From Candidatus Heimdallarchaeota archaeon (GTDB lineage Archaea > Asgardarchaeota > Heimdallarchaeia > Heimdallarchaeales > Heimdallarchaeaceae), in the NCBI GenBank assembly GCA_021399395.1, contig JAAFKJ010000043.1:30886-94885 (forward strand): 64,000 nt of DNA, given 5' to 3'. Below are positions 1 to 10,279 of this stretch, one piece after another. A model generated the notes under the pieces. The model was given only the letters and a program-made list of their open reading frames with translations. It searched no databases and had not been told where the DNA came from. Numbering within the stretch: the first letter of the stretch is position 1; every line of letters begins with the position of its first letter. The translations under genes and the position numbers were made by a program.

Positions 1-2
1 AA

Positions 3-62
3 GAAAGAACAGGTGTAGACTTGTTTTCTCCATTACAAGACCTTGAAATTTCTCTTAAGTAA
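3..62 (+). CDS. 3' end of a gene entering from the left, probably an acyl-CoA synthetase (ADP-forming) alpha subunit (partial)
   Basis: Open frame ERTGVDLFSPLQDLEISLK* resembles the C-terminus (KKRGVDPRSILAEE) of the alpha subunit at 13287 and lies directly upstream of a beta subunit. Confidence 0.4.
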   Translation, partial: ERTGVDLFSPLQDLEISLK

Positions 63-155
63 TTTTCTCGCATTTTTTATTTCTTTTTCTTCAATCCTAT
101 AGTAAATCTTTAAATTGTAAGTTTATCTTAGGAATATGTCAATTTAGTGATTTAG

Positions 156-851
156 ATGAATGATGAAATTACTAAGGTTCTAGAATTATGTGCATCTCAA
201 GGAAGAACCGTACTTTCCTACGAGGAATCTAGAAATGTATTGTCTTTTGCTGGTTTTCCATTAAACAAGATGGCATTTGCGAAAAATCTGGAAGAATGCT
301 TAAACAAAGCTCACGAAATAGGTTACCCCATTGTTCTGAAGGTTGTTTCTGAAGATGTGTTACATAAATCTGATTCAGGTGGTGTCAAGATCAATATTGG
401 TTCAGATGAAGAATTGAAGAAAGCACACGAAGAAATGGTTGAGAGTGTCAAGAATTTCTATCCCTCAGCTAAAATTACTGGGTTTAGTATTGAAGAAATG
501 GTAGAAGGTGTAGAATTACTTATCGGAACCAATACAGATGAGCAATTTGGAAAAATGATTGCATTCGGTATTGGTGGGATTTTTGTTGAAGTTTACAAAG
601 ATGTATCATTCCGTCTGATTCCTGTAAACGAAGATGATATTTTAGAAATGATTGCTGAGATAAAAGGTAAAAAGATGTTAGATGGTTACCGAGGGCAACC
701 TAAAGTTGATCAATCTGAATTAATTTCATTTGTTTTAGGTATTTCTAATCTTATCGAAACTTATCCTCAAATAAAGGAAATGGATCTAAATCCGGTTGTA
801 GCAACTTTAGAGGGACTAAAGGCCATTGATGCGAGAATAATTCTTGAATAA
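156..851 (+). CDS. acdB: Acetate/acyl-CoA ligase (ADP-forming) beta subunit, ATP-grasp
   Basis: GYPIVLKVVS..VLHKSDSGGV, FGIGGIFVEVYKDVSFR, EMDLNP, DARI motifs. Confidence 0.9.
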   Translation: MNDEITKVLELCASQGRTVLSYEESRNVLSFAGFPLNKMAFAKNLEECLNKAHEIGYPIVLKVVSEDVLHKSDSGGVKINIGSDEELKKAHEEMVESVKNFYPSAKITGFSIEEMVEGVELLIGTNTDEQFGKMIAFGIGGIFVEVYKDVSFRLIPVNEDDILEMIAEIKGKKMLDGYRGQPKVDQSELISFVLGISNLIETYPQIKEMDLNPVVATLEGLKAIDARIILE

Positions 852-919
852 TTATACTTTTTCTTAATACAAAATGAAATACTTATTAATATCATAAAAT
901 TATGAAACATGGTGATATA

Positions 920-1192
920 ATGTCTAAAGTTAAAGCAAGTCATATTCTTGTCAAAAAAAGATCACAAGCAGTAGCTATTCTTGAAGAATTACACGGTGGA
1001 GCTAATTTTGCAGAATTAGCTAAGAAACATTCAACATGCCCCTCAGCGAAGAAAGGTGGAGATTTAGGTTTCTTTACAAGAGGTCAAATGGTAAAGGCAT
1101 TCGAAAAAACTGCTTTCTCATTAGGTAAAGGAGAAATTTCAGGTTTAGTTAAGACTGAATTTGGCTATCATATTATTAAAAGAACCAGTTAG
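920..1192 (+). CDS. ppiC: Parvulin-type peptidyl-prolyl cis-trans isomerase
   Basis: [33 protein letters not shown]; start taken at MSKVK after GGTGA. Confidence 0.92.
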   Translation: MSKVKASHILVKKRSQAVAILEELHGGANFAELAKKHSTCPSAKKGGDLGFFTRGQMVKAFEKTAFSLGKGEISGLVKTEFGYHIIKRTS

Positions 1193-1279
1193 GTTTTCTC
1201 TTTTTTTATTTCTGTAAGAGAGAAATATTTATATTTGATTGAGTGTGTGTGAATTCAGCACACACGATAGTGATGAATT

Positions 1280-1939
1280 ATGTCAGTAGATGTCGATGAT
1301 AATATCAAAAGACAGGTAAAAGAGATTTTCAAACATATGGAAAATGAAGTATCTGTTAAGTTATTTGTAGATAAAGATAAATGTTTGACATGCGCTCAAA
1401 CAAAAGAAATTCTAGAATTGTTGGTAGAACTAGCACCAGAGAATAAGCTTGTTCTTACAATTTTCAACAAAGAAGATAATCCTCCAGAGATCGATAAGTA
1501 TGGAGTGAAACGATTTCCTACAATTTTACTACATGGGGATGAAGAATACAAAGTTGTTTTCACTGGTATTCCAAGTGGTTATGAATTCGGTTCTCTTGTT
1601 GAAGATATCTTGGATATATCAGCTAGAAAAGTTACCTTGAAACCTGAAAATCTTGAAAAAATTAAGAAAATTGATAAACCAATGCACATTCAAGTATTTG
1701 TTACTCCAACCTGTCCTTATTGTCCAGCTGCAGTCCGAATGGCTCACAAACTGGCTATGGCAAATCCTAACATTACAGGAGAAGCCGTTGAAGCAACAGA
1801 ATTTCCACTCCTTTCGCAGAAATATTATGTAATGGGAGTTCCAAAAACAGTTATTAATGAGGGAAAAGTTTCATTTGAAGGAGCTTATCCTGAAGATGGT
1901 TTTGTAGAAAAAGTACTTGAAGCTTATAAAGAAGCATAG
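1280..1939 (+). CDS. Protein disulfide oxidoreductase (two thioredoxin folds, AhpF N-terminal-like)
   Basis: CLTC and CPYC motifs, GIPSGYEF, GVPKTVIN. Confidence 0.88.
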   Translation: MSVDVDDNIKRQVKEIFKHMENEVSVKLFVDKDKCLTCAQTKEILELLVELAPENKLVLTIFNKEDNPPEIDKYGVKRFPTILLHGDEEYKVVFTGIPSGYEFGSLVEDILDISARKVTLKPENLEKIKKIDKPMHIQVFVTPTCPYCPAAVRMAHKLAMANPNITGEAVEATEFPLLSQKYYVMGVPKTVINEGKVSFEGAYPEDGFVEKVLEAYKEA

Positions 1940-1958
1940 TTGCTCCTATAAGTATTTC

Positions 1959-3023
1959 TTATTTTTCTTCACTCAGATCCTCTTTTATGATTTCACTAGG
2001 GTCTTGTAGTTCTTCCTCTTTCTCCTCATCAATTTGATCTTCAGGGGAGACTTCAGGTTCTATTTCTGCTTTTTCTTCACTTATTGAATCTTCTTTAACT
2101 TCTTCTATAGTTTCTTCAACAATTTCTTCTTCTACAGTTTCTTCCTCTTCTTCAATCTCTTCGTCTGGGTCCAATTCAAACTCTTTCTTTTCGTTATACA
2201 ACTTCTTTATATTTTGCTTTACTAAGTCAACAGCTGTTTTCTTTTGCATCTCTACTTCCTTTAATTTGAGTTTAACATCTTCTTCTGTCAGGATTTTCTT
2301 TGTTTCTTTATCATCTTCAAGGGATATTGATTCAATATAATCTTTCATCATGGTTAATCTCATATTTAGGGCTTTGAATGATTTATAATCTTCAACCTCA
2401 TTGATTTGTTTAGGTAAACCTTGAAGTTCTAAGAGATATTGTTGTATTTGAAATGCAAAATTATCAAGTTCATCCATGGTTTGAAACACTTTTTTCTCAA
2501 GTTCTTTCTCTTCAATATCTGCTTTTGATAATCTAGCACTCTTAGTTTCTTTATCTGTAAATAGAAGGACGTGAACTTTACCGTAACCATAGAGGAGGAT
2601 TGGCATAACAAAAATCATGATGAAAACTGGAATAAAACAGATAAGAGGAATGGCGATGATAGGTCGTAATCCTTGGAAACTATTAAATAAACTCTCTAAT
2701 GTTGCTTGAAAATTATCTATAGTCTCATGAAGTATAACAATGATCATGCTGTAGAACAAGACAACTGGAATTGAAATTCCAAGTGATTTCAATAGTGATT
2801 TCAGCATATTAAATGTTGTATCTAGAGAAACCTCATCCTTATAGTGATATACACACTCTGTTACAGTTATCAAAGCCACAAGAAACGCGAGTGGTACTTC
2901 AAATATTGCTAATATTAGAACATCAGTTGAAAATATTGGTATGAGTAGTAAACTGAAAATTGTTGCAATTATAAACGAAAAAACACTTTGATTAAGATTT
3001 CTAGACATACTTGCGTGAGGCAT
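1959..3023 (-). CDS. Hypothetical membrane protein (about 4 TM) with coiled coil and acidic tail
   Basis: Hydrophobic N-terminal half, Glu-rich C-terminus. Confidence 0.65.
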   Translation of the reverse strand: MPHASMSRNLNQSVFSFIIATIFSLLLIPIFSTDVLILAIFEVPLAFLVALITVTECVYHYKDEVSLDTTFNMLKSLLKSLGISIPVVLFYSMIIVILHETIDNFQATLESLFNSFQGLRPIIAIPLICFIPVFIMIFVMPILLYGYGKVHVLLFTDKETKSARLSKADIEEKELEKKVFQTMDELDNFAFQIQQYLLELQGLPKQINEVEDYKSFKALNMRLTMMKDYIESISLEDDKETKKILTEEDVKLKLKEVEMQKKTAVDLVKQNIKKLYNEKKEFELDPDEEIEEEEETVEEEIVEETIEEVKEDSISEEKAEIEPEVSPEDQIDEEKEEELQDPSEIIKEDLSEEK

Positions 3024-3144
3024 AGTTATTACTTGGTTGGGATTCTAAAAAAAGGTTTTCCATGAAGGAAACCAGAGTTGCATAATATAGGTTCCAATTC
3101 GTTTAGTCGCAATATTTATGAAGAAATAACCAATATTAATATTA

Positions 3145-4455
3145 ATGAGAAATAAAAATTTAACGTTCATCTTTGTGTTATTTCTTACATTAACAGTGTT
3201 GACTAGTAACAATACCTCTTATTCTTTAGATGGTTCTAATATACCTGTAAACACTGAATTACCAACACTTGATGTTCAATATAACGCAACATCTCCTACA
3301 GACTTTTTCAATGAAACTACCTATCCAAGATATGCACTAGCTGCACGACCAATAGGTGAGATAAAGTATCCAAACAAAGTCAATCCATCTATTGTAACAT
3401 ATGGAAATGAAATAAAACTCATGGTTTCAGGATCGTCTTCAGCAGTAAATTGGAATTTCACCTTGATAGATGCTAATATTTCATGCTCTCTTGATGTGGT
3501 TAGTTCTGAATATAAAGAAGATATGTGGTATTTTGATACTATACCCGAAATTCAAAGAGAAGGTCTTTACGATTTACAGCTTAATTTTAGTGAAGGAAAT
3601 GATTATCAGACACATGCAATACAAGTTCTTGAGGAACAACATTATCCATTCACTTTCGCGCATGTATCAGATACACACTTTCCAGCTTACTATGAAGAAT
3701 TCAATACTTCTGATGTCAATTTGCAGGAAATTGAAAAAATAAAGGCATTAGATCCTGATTTTATCATTGTTACTGGTGATTTGATACACGGAGCAACACA
3801 ATATTTTCTTAATCCAGAAACAGGGGAACCGATGAGTGCCGAAATGCAATATAAACTTGCAATCTGGGCTTTAGATCTTTTTGATAAACCAGTTTTTTAC
3901 ATCTATGGAAATCATGAATTTATAACTTCAACATTTCTTCCTGATGACCCTGGTACGCAATACTACAAATATTTCGGTGACATTGTTTATCAGAATTTTA
4001 CATATCTGGATTGGTCTTTTGTTGGTTATGGTGCTGAATGGGATGGATTATCTCAGAAAGATTATGATATAGTAGCCCAGATTCTTACTCAAAATTCTGA
4101 CGATGCAACAGTACTATACTACCATTATGATTTTGCAGATCATGCATATAGTTTGCTGAAGAAATTTCCTATAGAAGTAGCATTGTATGGTCACCTTCAC
4201 CACGAAGATTTGTATATGAAGAAGGATACACTTTATCACCAGCAAGCTCCATTGTTTGATCAGGAATTTACTATAATATCAATATTAAATGAAACAAGTC
4301 TGAGCATCGATTCCCAGACATATAATTTCGAATTATTACCTTATGTGCCTCCAACACCAGTTGAAACAACACCAACGGACGAATCTATTTCATTTGGTCC
4401 TTTAATAATGATATTTGGATTAATGGTTTATTACTTTACAAGAAGAAAGAAGTAA
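3145..4455 (+). CDS. Secreted calcineurin-like metallophosphoesterase with C-terminal membrane anchor
   Basis: Signal peptide; DTH, GD, GNHE, GHLH motifs; Pro/Thr linker, TM, RRKK. Confidence 0.85.
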   Translation: MRNKNLTFIFVLFLTLTVLTSNNTSYSLDGSNIPVNTELPTLDVQYNATSPTDFFNETTYPRYALAARPIGEIKYPNKVNPSIVTYGNEIKLMVSGSSSAVNWNFTLIDANISCSLDVVSSEYKEDMWYFDTIPEIQREGLYDLQLNFSEGNDYQTHAIQVLEEQHYPFTFAHVSDTHFPAYYEEFNTSDVNLQEIEKIKALDPDFIIVTGDLIHGATQYFLNPETGEPMSAEMQYKLAIWALDLFDKPVFYIYGNHEFITSTFLPDDPGTQYYKYFGDIVYQNFTYLDWSFVGYGAEWDGLSQKDYDIVAQILTQNSDDATVLYYHYDFADHAYSLLKKFPIEVALYGHLHHEDLYMKKDTLYHQQAPLFDQEFTIISILNETSLSIDSQTYNFELLPYVPPTPVETTPTDESISFGPLIMIFGLMVYYFTRRKK

Positions 4456-4541
4456 TTTCCTTTTTCCTTTTTCTTTTATCATCAAACATATTTATAATCT
4501 ACATCGTATAAGTGTCTGTTGTTCATAGAAGAGGCATTAAA

Positions 4542-5831
4542 ATGCTAGAGATTGACAGATACAAAACATCATTGAATGAAGTTTTTTCAGAAGAAAGAAA
4601 ATTCGAGTTACAGCTTCTTGTAGAAAAAGAACTAGCAGAAGCAAATTTTCAGTTAGGGAAAATTCCAAAGGAGGCAAATGATGTTATTCAAGAGCGATGT
4701 ACTACTAAATTCGTGAAATTAGAACGTGTTAAGGAGATTGAAAAGGAAGTACACCATGATGTAATGAGTTTAGTTTTTGCAATTGCAGAACAATGCGGAG
4801 ATTATGGGGAATATATTCATCTTGGAGCTACTTCATACGATATTCAAGATACAGTTAGAGGTTTACAATTAAAAGAATCAAAACAACAAATTCTCGAAGC
4901 GTTACAACAAACAATTGAATTTTCAAAAGAATTAACCTCAAAATACAAAGATTTAGCATGTATTGGTAGGACTCATGGGATTCATGCCATTCCAACTACC
5001 TACGGTATGAAATTTGGTAATTTTCTCAATGAACTATTGCTTGCTAAAGAAACACTTGAACAAGTTAAGGTAGATTTTGGTAAAATCTCTGGAGCTGTTG
5101 GTACATACGCTTCATATGGAACTCAAGAAATAGAGAATATAGTTCTGAACAAACTTAAGCTTAGCAATCAACCAGTAACAACTCAAGTGATTACAAGGGT
5201 TGTTCATGCAAAATACATTCAAGCTCTGTCCTTGATAGCATCTGTATTAGAGCACTTTGCTAAAGAGATTAGAAACCTTCATAGAACAGAAATTGATGAA
5301 GTGAGGGAATCTTTTGATGAAAAGCAAGTTGGTTCTTCTACAATGGCACAAAAAAGAAATCCTGAAAAAAGTGAGAGAATATGTGGATTAGCTCGAGTAA
5401 TTAGAAGTTATATACAGCCTTCATTAGAAAATATCAGCTTAGAACACGAGAGAGATTTGTCAAATTCAAGCACTGAACGAGTTATCCTCTCTCAAACATC
5501 AATTCTTACACACTATATAATCCTTCAAATGAACAAAATTCTTACTTCACTTCATTTAAACAAGGAGAAGATACGATCCAATCTCTATCTCCGGGAAGGT
5601 GCACAATGTGCTGAAAATCTAATGATAAAACTAACTGATAAGATCGGCAGACAAAAAGCACATGATTTACTTAAGAATCTAGCAAATGAAGACAACTTCA
5701 CAGAAGCAGTTAAACAAAATGATATTATCTCCAGTCATTTTAATGATGAAGAAATAGAACGAATACTTGATCCTATGAATTATCTGGGTTTATCAAAAGA
5801 AATAGTACAAAAATTACTTGATTCTCTTTGA
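4542..5831 (+). CDS. purB: Adenylosuccinate lyase
   Basis: HHDV, HLGATSYDI, GRTHG, GSSTMAQKRNP signature. Confidence 0.93.
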   Translation: MLEIDRYKTSLNEVFSEERKFELQLLVEKELAEANFQLGKIPKEANDVIQERCTTKFVKLERVKEIEKEVHHDVMSLVFAIAEQCGDYGEYIHLGATSYDIQDTVRGLQLKESKQQILEALQQTIEFSKELTSKYKDLACIGRTHGIHAIPTTYGMKFGNFLNELLLAKETLEQVKVDFGKISGAVGTYASYGTQEIENIVLNKLKLSNQPVTTQVITRVVHAKYIQALSLIASVLEHFAKEIRNLHRTEIDEVRESFDEKQVGSSTMAQKRNPEKSERICGLARVIRSYIQPSLENISLEHERDLSNSSTERVILSQTSILTHYIILQMNKILTSLHLNKEKIRSNLYLREGAQCAENLMIKLTDKIGRQKAHDLLKNLANEDNFTEAVKQNDIISSHFNDEEIERILDPMNYLGLSKEIVQKLLDSL

Positions 5832-5848
5832 AAACCTTCTTCTTCTTC

Positions 5849-8377
5849 TTAATCTTCATCTAAATCTTGAAGTTGCTGTAGAATATTCTTCTCCCCTGCA
5901 AGAATTTCTTCCACAAAAAGATTTTTACTGATTTTTCTCAAAATCTCTAGAAGAACAGTTTCAGGAGAATCATAGGTCTTAGGTGCCCCTAGAATGCTTC
6001 TAATCGTTGTTGCTTTATTCCCCTCCCACTCACTAATGTTGTATTGAATCGTCAAAAGGAAACTTCCAAATTCCTCAATACCTGTACTTGCAAAATATTC
6101 AGATGCCTGCACAACTATTTCATTATAATCTTTTTCTCCTTTTACAATAAATTGCCAGAGTAAATCAATTAAAAACAATACTCCTCTCAAATAGTAATGT
6201 CTAGCTTCAATTACAAGACCACTGATTAAACCGATGTAGTTGTCAACCTCTTGTGCTACAAATGGATCTCGGAGATTGTCCTTATTTATCTCAATTACAA
6301 GAAGTATCAGATTAAATAAAATACCCGAAGATATCAGTTTATCAGTTTCCAGTGTTTTTTGAATTGTTGTAGCTAAACTTGTATAAGCCTCAACATATTC
6401 TTCATTGTACATTTTCTTTAAAGCTTCAAGATATACAATCCAATTATCTAACTCACTTATCTCACTTTGTGATTCTTTGAGCTGAGAAAGAACTTCTTCA
6501 AAGAGTTCATCATTCTTTTCAACTATATATAACAAACCCTTTTCCACATACATTTTGTTTAACATTAGTTTAAGATTATTATCAATTAAGTATCTTTCAA
6601 CATATTTGTAATTCTCTTTGGAATCCTCAAATTTATTCAAATATAGATTGACTTTGGCTTTGTTCATGTTGATTATAACATTTTCAACGTAATCTTCTTC
6701 TTCGCTTAGTAATCCAAGTACTTTGTTATATCTTGCAAGACTTTCTTTGAAATCACCTTTAATAGCAAGAATATCAGCTATTTTTCTTAAACATCGTATT
6801 CTTTTATTTTTATCAAACACATCTGAGTAGTGACTGTAAGAAGATCTTAGTTTTACTAAAGCTTCATCAAATTTACCTTGCTGAATATCGAAGGAAGCTT
6901 GAAGTTCTTTAATTTCGGCAATTTTCATGCTATCTGATATACGTAAAAAGAAATTCTTTGCTTTTTCAAGATGACCCTCAGCTTTCCTTATATCGCTAAG
7001 TTTTGTATAAGCTTCCGCGATAACAATATCACAGTTTGCTATACTATCTTCATCACCTACCTCGTAATACAGGATTTGACATGCTAAAAGTGTGAATATT
7101 TGTTTTCTGATATCTTCACTTCGATCAATAGCAATCTGAGCTCGAATTCTTAAGGCATCTGTTTTTCCTTTTTGATATTGGATTTCTTCAGAAAGTGTTT
7201 CAATTTGATTAGTTCTTTTAATGGCTGAAACAAAATTCCCTTGTCGATAGTCTCCTACTGCTATTTGCACCAAAGCCTTAGCAAATTGCCTTTTATTGGC
7301 TATATTTACGACCTGACCGTATGCTTTGTCATATATTTCTTGAGCTTCTTCCTTATTATTTGTAGTTGCATAGCTATCTGCTATGGCCAGCAATGTCATG
7401 AAAGTGTTGTTGTAATCATGATATTGTTTAAAGAGAGAATGTGCCTTATCCAGGCTGTTTCGTGCTAATTTGTGGTTTCCTAATTTGACCAAAATTTGAC
7501 CTCTGATATAATGCCCTTTGGCTGCATAATATTGAGATATTCCTTGGAGTTTATCCACTGTTTGTGCTGCTAGGATGTTTCCATTTTTCAGCTCACCTTT
7601 CAAAAAGTGCACATGTGCTAGTCCAACATCAGATGCACCAATTAGAGGAATATTAGATAGATTTTCTGCTAACTGTTTTGCTTGAGTAAATATTTTTTCA
7701 GAAGCTATATAGTCTGTTGAGTCTAGTTGTTGATCTCCCAATATCTGTAATGCAATTAATTGCCAATACTGGTCTTTTGCTACTTTCCTTTTTTCAGCAA
7801 ATTCCTCTATTTTCTTTATTCCAGCGATATTGCTTGCTGACTGAAGATCTACGAGACCTTCAATGAAATCCTTTAATTCAATTAATTGTTGAGGAATTCT
7901 TCTTATATTTCTTGAATCAAAAATGCCTTCCAATTGATTTTTGTATCTGTCAATATTTTCTGTGTCACCAATTAGTTGCTTAAGATATGTTATCCAGAAA
8001 ATTGCTTCTATAAGAGGGATATTATCGGATGTTTCATTTTCGATTACCTGCTGAAGCAAGGTTATGGCTTCATCTACTTCACCTATCTCAAAAAGAGCAA
8101 CACTACCCCAGACCTTAGTACCAACAATGGTGTCGGTTATGGATTTTATAGCAAGATCATATTGACCTGTTATTACACCTATTTTACTAGCTAAATATCT
8201 TAGTTCTTCATCAGTTTCATAGACTGGATCATCAATAATGTTCCATAAAATTCTCCCTATTTGCTTTGAGGATTCAGCTGAAAATCTTCCTTCAAGCGTT
8301 TGAACAATAAAATCAGTTAATTCAGGACTTATACGATTTCTGTGAGCAACAATCTCGGGGGGTATAGAATCAGCCAT
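5849..8377 (-). CDS. Large TPR-like alpha-solenoid protein
   Basis: 842-aa ORF with repeated amphipathic helix pairs (A...Y..A patterns). Confidence 0.7.
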   Translation of the reverse strand: MADSIPPEIVAHRNRISPELTDFIVQTLEGRFSAESSKQIGRILWNIIDDPVYETDEELRYLASKIGVITGQYDLAIKSITDTIVGTKVWGSVALFEIGEVDEAITLLQQVIENETSDNIPLIEAIFWITYLKQLIGDTENIDRYKNQLEGIFDSRNIRRIPQQLIELKDFIEGLVDLQSASNIAGIKKIEEFAEKRKVAKDQYWQLIALQILGDQQLDSTDYIASEKIFTQAKQLAENLSNIPLIGASDVGLAHVHFLKGELKNGNILAAQTVDKLQGISQYYAAKGHYIRGQILVKLGNHKLARNSLDKAHSLFKQYHDYNNTFMTLLAIADSYATTNNKEEAQEIYDKAYGQVVNIANKRQFAKALVQIAVGDYRQGNFVSAIKRTNQIETLSEEIQYQKGKTDALRIRAQIAIDRSEDIRKQIFTLLACQILYYEVGDEDSIANCDIVIAEAYTKLSDIRKAEGHLEKAKNFFLRISDSMKIAEIKELQASFDIQQGKFDEALVKLRSSYSHYSDVFDKNKRIRCLRKIADILAIKGDFKESLARYNKVLGLLSEEEDYVENVIINMNKAKVNLYLNKFEDSKENYKYVERYLIDNNLKLMLNKMYVEKGLLYIVEKNDELFEEVLSQLKESQSEISELDNWIVYLEALKKMYNEEYVEAYTSLATTIQKTLETDKLISSGILFNLILLVIEINKDNLRDPFVAQEVDNYIGLISGLVIEARHYYLRGVLFLIDLLWQFIVKGEKDYNEIVVQASEYFASTGIEEFGSFLLTIQYNISEWEGNKATTIRSILGAPKTYDSPETVLLEILRKISKNLFVEEILAGEKNILQQLQDLDED

Positions 8378-8448
8378 TAGTTAATCCTTCTATAAGCAAT
8401 GATTATAAAATAAGGAGAGTTAACAATAAAAAAACTTTATGTAACTGA

Positions 8449-8697
8449 TTAATCCATCTTTAGTGCTTCAAGATTAACATTTACTACCTGTTCAATTCCA
8501 GGAATTCTTTCCTTTAGAATTCGTTCAACATATCCAGTTAATGTTAATTGACTATATGGACATCCTCTGCATGCGCCTTGTAATTCTACTCTCACAATTC
8601 CAGTGTCCTCGTTTACATCAACAAGTTCTATGTCCCCTCCATCTTGTTGAAGAGCAACACGAATTTCATTAAGTGTATCTTGAACTTTATCCTTCAT
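8449..8697 (-). CDS. NifU/NfuA-like Fe-S carrier domain protein
   Basis: DGGDIELV, LQGACRGCP, TL..YVE. Confidence 0.9.
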   Translation of the reverse strand: MKDKVQDTLNEIRVALQQDGGDIELVDVNEDTGIVRVELQGACRGCPYSQLTLTGYVERILKERIPGIEQVVNVNLEALKMD

Positions 8698-8819
8698 AAT
8701 TATCACAAATTTATTTGATTGTGAAAGCGTAGAGAGATTCATTTAAAGATGTTTCTCTCATACAAATTTTCAGAATTTGAATAGCTCATTCTCTTAAATT
8801 CAGAATAAACCTTGCTGCT

Positions 8820-9371
8820 CTAAAATATACCCTTGTCAAGTTTCATATACATACTACTCGTAAATGGAATGAGAGCCATAAATAATGCCCTCTTGAAAAC
8901 TTCCTTTCTCATAACACGATTCCCAGTAAAAATTGCTGTACTTCCTCCTTTTTGTTTCACATTTTCCTCGTTTGTTATTCTATCCATAATTTCCCCCAGC
9001 TCAATTTCTTTATTTTCTTTAAGTTCCTTGTAAATAGCTCTAGGGAGTGGCATTCTACCGCCACCGGCAATTGATTTTTCTCTTTTTCGATTTGCAATGC
9101 AAACATACCAAGTAAGAAAGGAACCAAAATGATCCTCTTCCATTCCCCCCTCCATGCTAACATAATAATCAGCTTTTTCAAGATTTTGAGCAACTTCTAT
9201 ACGTTTCACAGCTGAATTAAGGGTTTCATCAGAGGACATTGGTTGCTTCATAACACCAAGTTTTTGAGAAAGATCTATTGTTTTAACTTCAACATTCTTA
9301 AAATGGGATTTAAACGCTTCTTCGGCAGCTGAAATCTTTACTGGGTTTTTTGAACAGACAATTATTTTCAT
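8820..9371 (-). CDS. yjjX: Inosine/xanthosine triphosphatase (YjjX/DUF84)
   Basis: SKNPVK, QP, EGG, ELG..MD, KQKGG. Confidence 0.85.
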   Translation of the reverse strand: MKIIVCSKNPVKISAAEEAFKSHFKNVEVKTIDLSQKLGVMKQPMSSDETLNSAVKRIEVAQNLEKADYYVSMEGGMEEDHFGSFLTWYVCIANRKREKSIAGGGRMPLPRAIYKELKENKEIELGEIMDRITNEENVKQKGGSTAIFTGNRVMRKEVFKRALFMALIPFTSSMYMKLDKGIF

Positions 9372-9430
9372 TATTTTCAGTCTCTAAATAATGATATCTT
9401 TTTTAAGCATGATGTACAATCATATTTTAG

Positions 9431-10267
9431 GTGTTTAGGATGAATGAGTGCCACTATTGTAGAAACCCGGTACAATCTCATTGGAACTTTTGTCGAAAAT
9501 GTGGAGCAAGGCAGGTTCATAGAGAAGAACCAGAACTGGTTATAAAATCAGAAGAAGTCATCGAAATAGCTAAAGAAGATCCAGAATCCCCAACAGGTAT
9601 GATATATGAACCTCTTGAAGTAGAAGAGATCAAAGTTGAGGAAAAAGAAGAAAAGAAAGATCTCACTGATGATGAGCTTGTTGAAAGAATTGCTGAAGTT
9701 ATTATTAAGCGAGAGCAGTTTAATACACTCCTGAAAAAGAAAGCAGAACTTGATGATGAAATAAATAAACTTCTAGATCGAGTAAAAAACAAATTAATTC
9801 CTAGAGATGAAGCTTTACCAAAAATCAAGAAATTAAAAGAAGAAGTTGAATATATTACTTCCCAAGAAGATGAGTTTGAGGACTTTTCAGCTATTTTGCC
9901 AATCGAGGAGATTATAGAGGATAGAGAAAATGAACGTCAAAAACTCAAAAAACTATCCGGTTTAAAGGGAGACAAAGCTGTTAGTAGAGCTACGTTGGAA
10001 GAAATGGAAACTAAGTTTAAGAAAAACATCGATAATCTCAAAACAAAATTGAATATTGAGTTAGCAAAGATGCGAAAAACCTTTGATGCATTAGAAAGGA
10101 AAATGAAATCTCTTCAGAGAGATTTAGAAGTTCTGTATGTTAACTCACAAACTGGAGAGATTACAGCTAAAAAATACGAGCAACATAAACAAGAGAAATC
10201 TAAAGAAATAGATAAAATGAAGAAAGTTAGTAAAACTGTTGCAAGTATTTTAGCAGAAGCAAGGTAA
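9431..10267 (+). CDS. Zinc-ribbon plus long coiled-coil protein (CdvA-like coiled coil)
   Basis: CHYC/CRKCG ribbon; coiled coil with LEVLY..SQTGEIT..KY. Confidence 0.6.
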   Translation: MFRMNECHYCRNPVQSHWNFCRKCGARQVHREEPELVIKSEEVIEIAKEDPESPTGMIYEPLEVEEIKVEEKEEKKDLTDDELVERIAEVIIKREQFNTLLKKKAELDDEINKLLDRVKNKLIPRDEALPKIKKLKEEVEYITSQEDEFEDFSAILPIEEIIEDRENERQKLKKLSGLKGDKAVSRATLEEMETKFKKNIDNLKTKLNIELAKMRKTFDALERKMKSLQRDLEVLYVNSQTGEITAKKYEQHKQEKSKEIDKMKKVSKTVASILAEAR

Positions 10268-10279
10268 GTGGGTGTAAAA

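Noticed and set aside
2040-2200. TTC-rich low-complexity tract
   Set aside because: It encodes the Glu-rich tail of the minus-strand protein and is not an independent repeat element.
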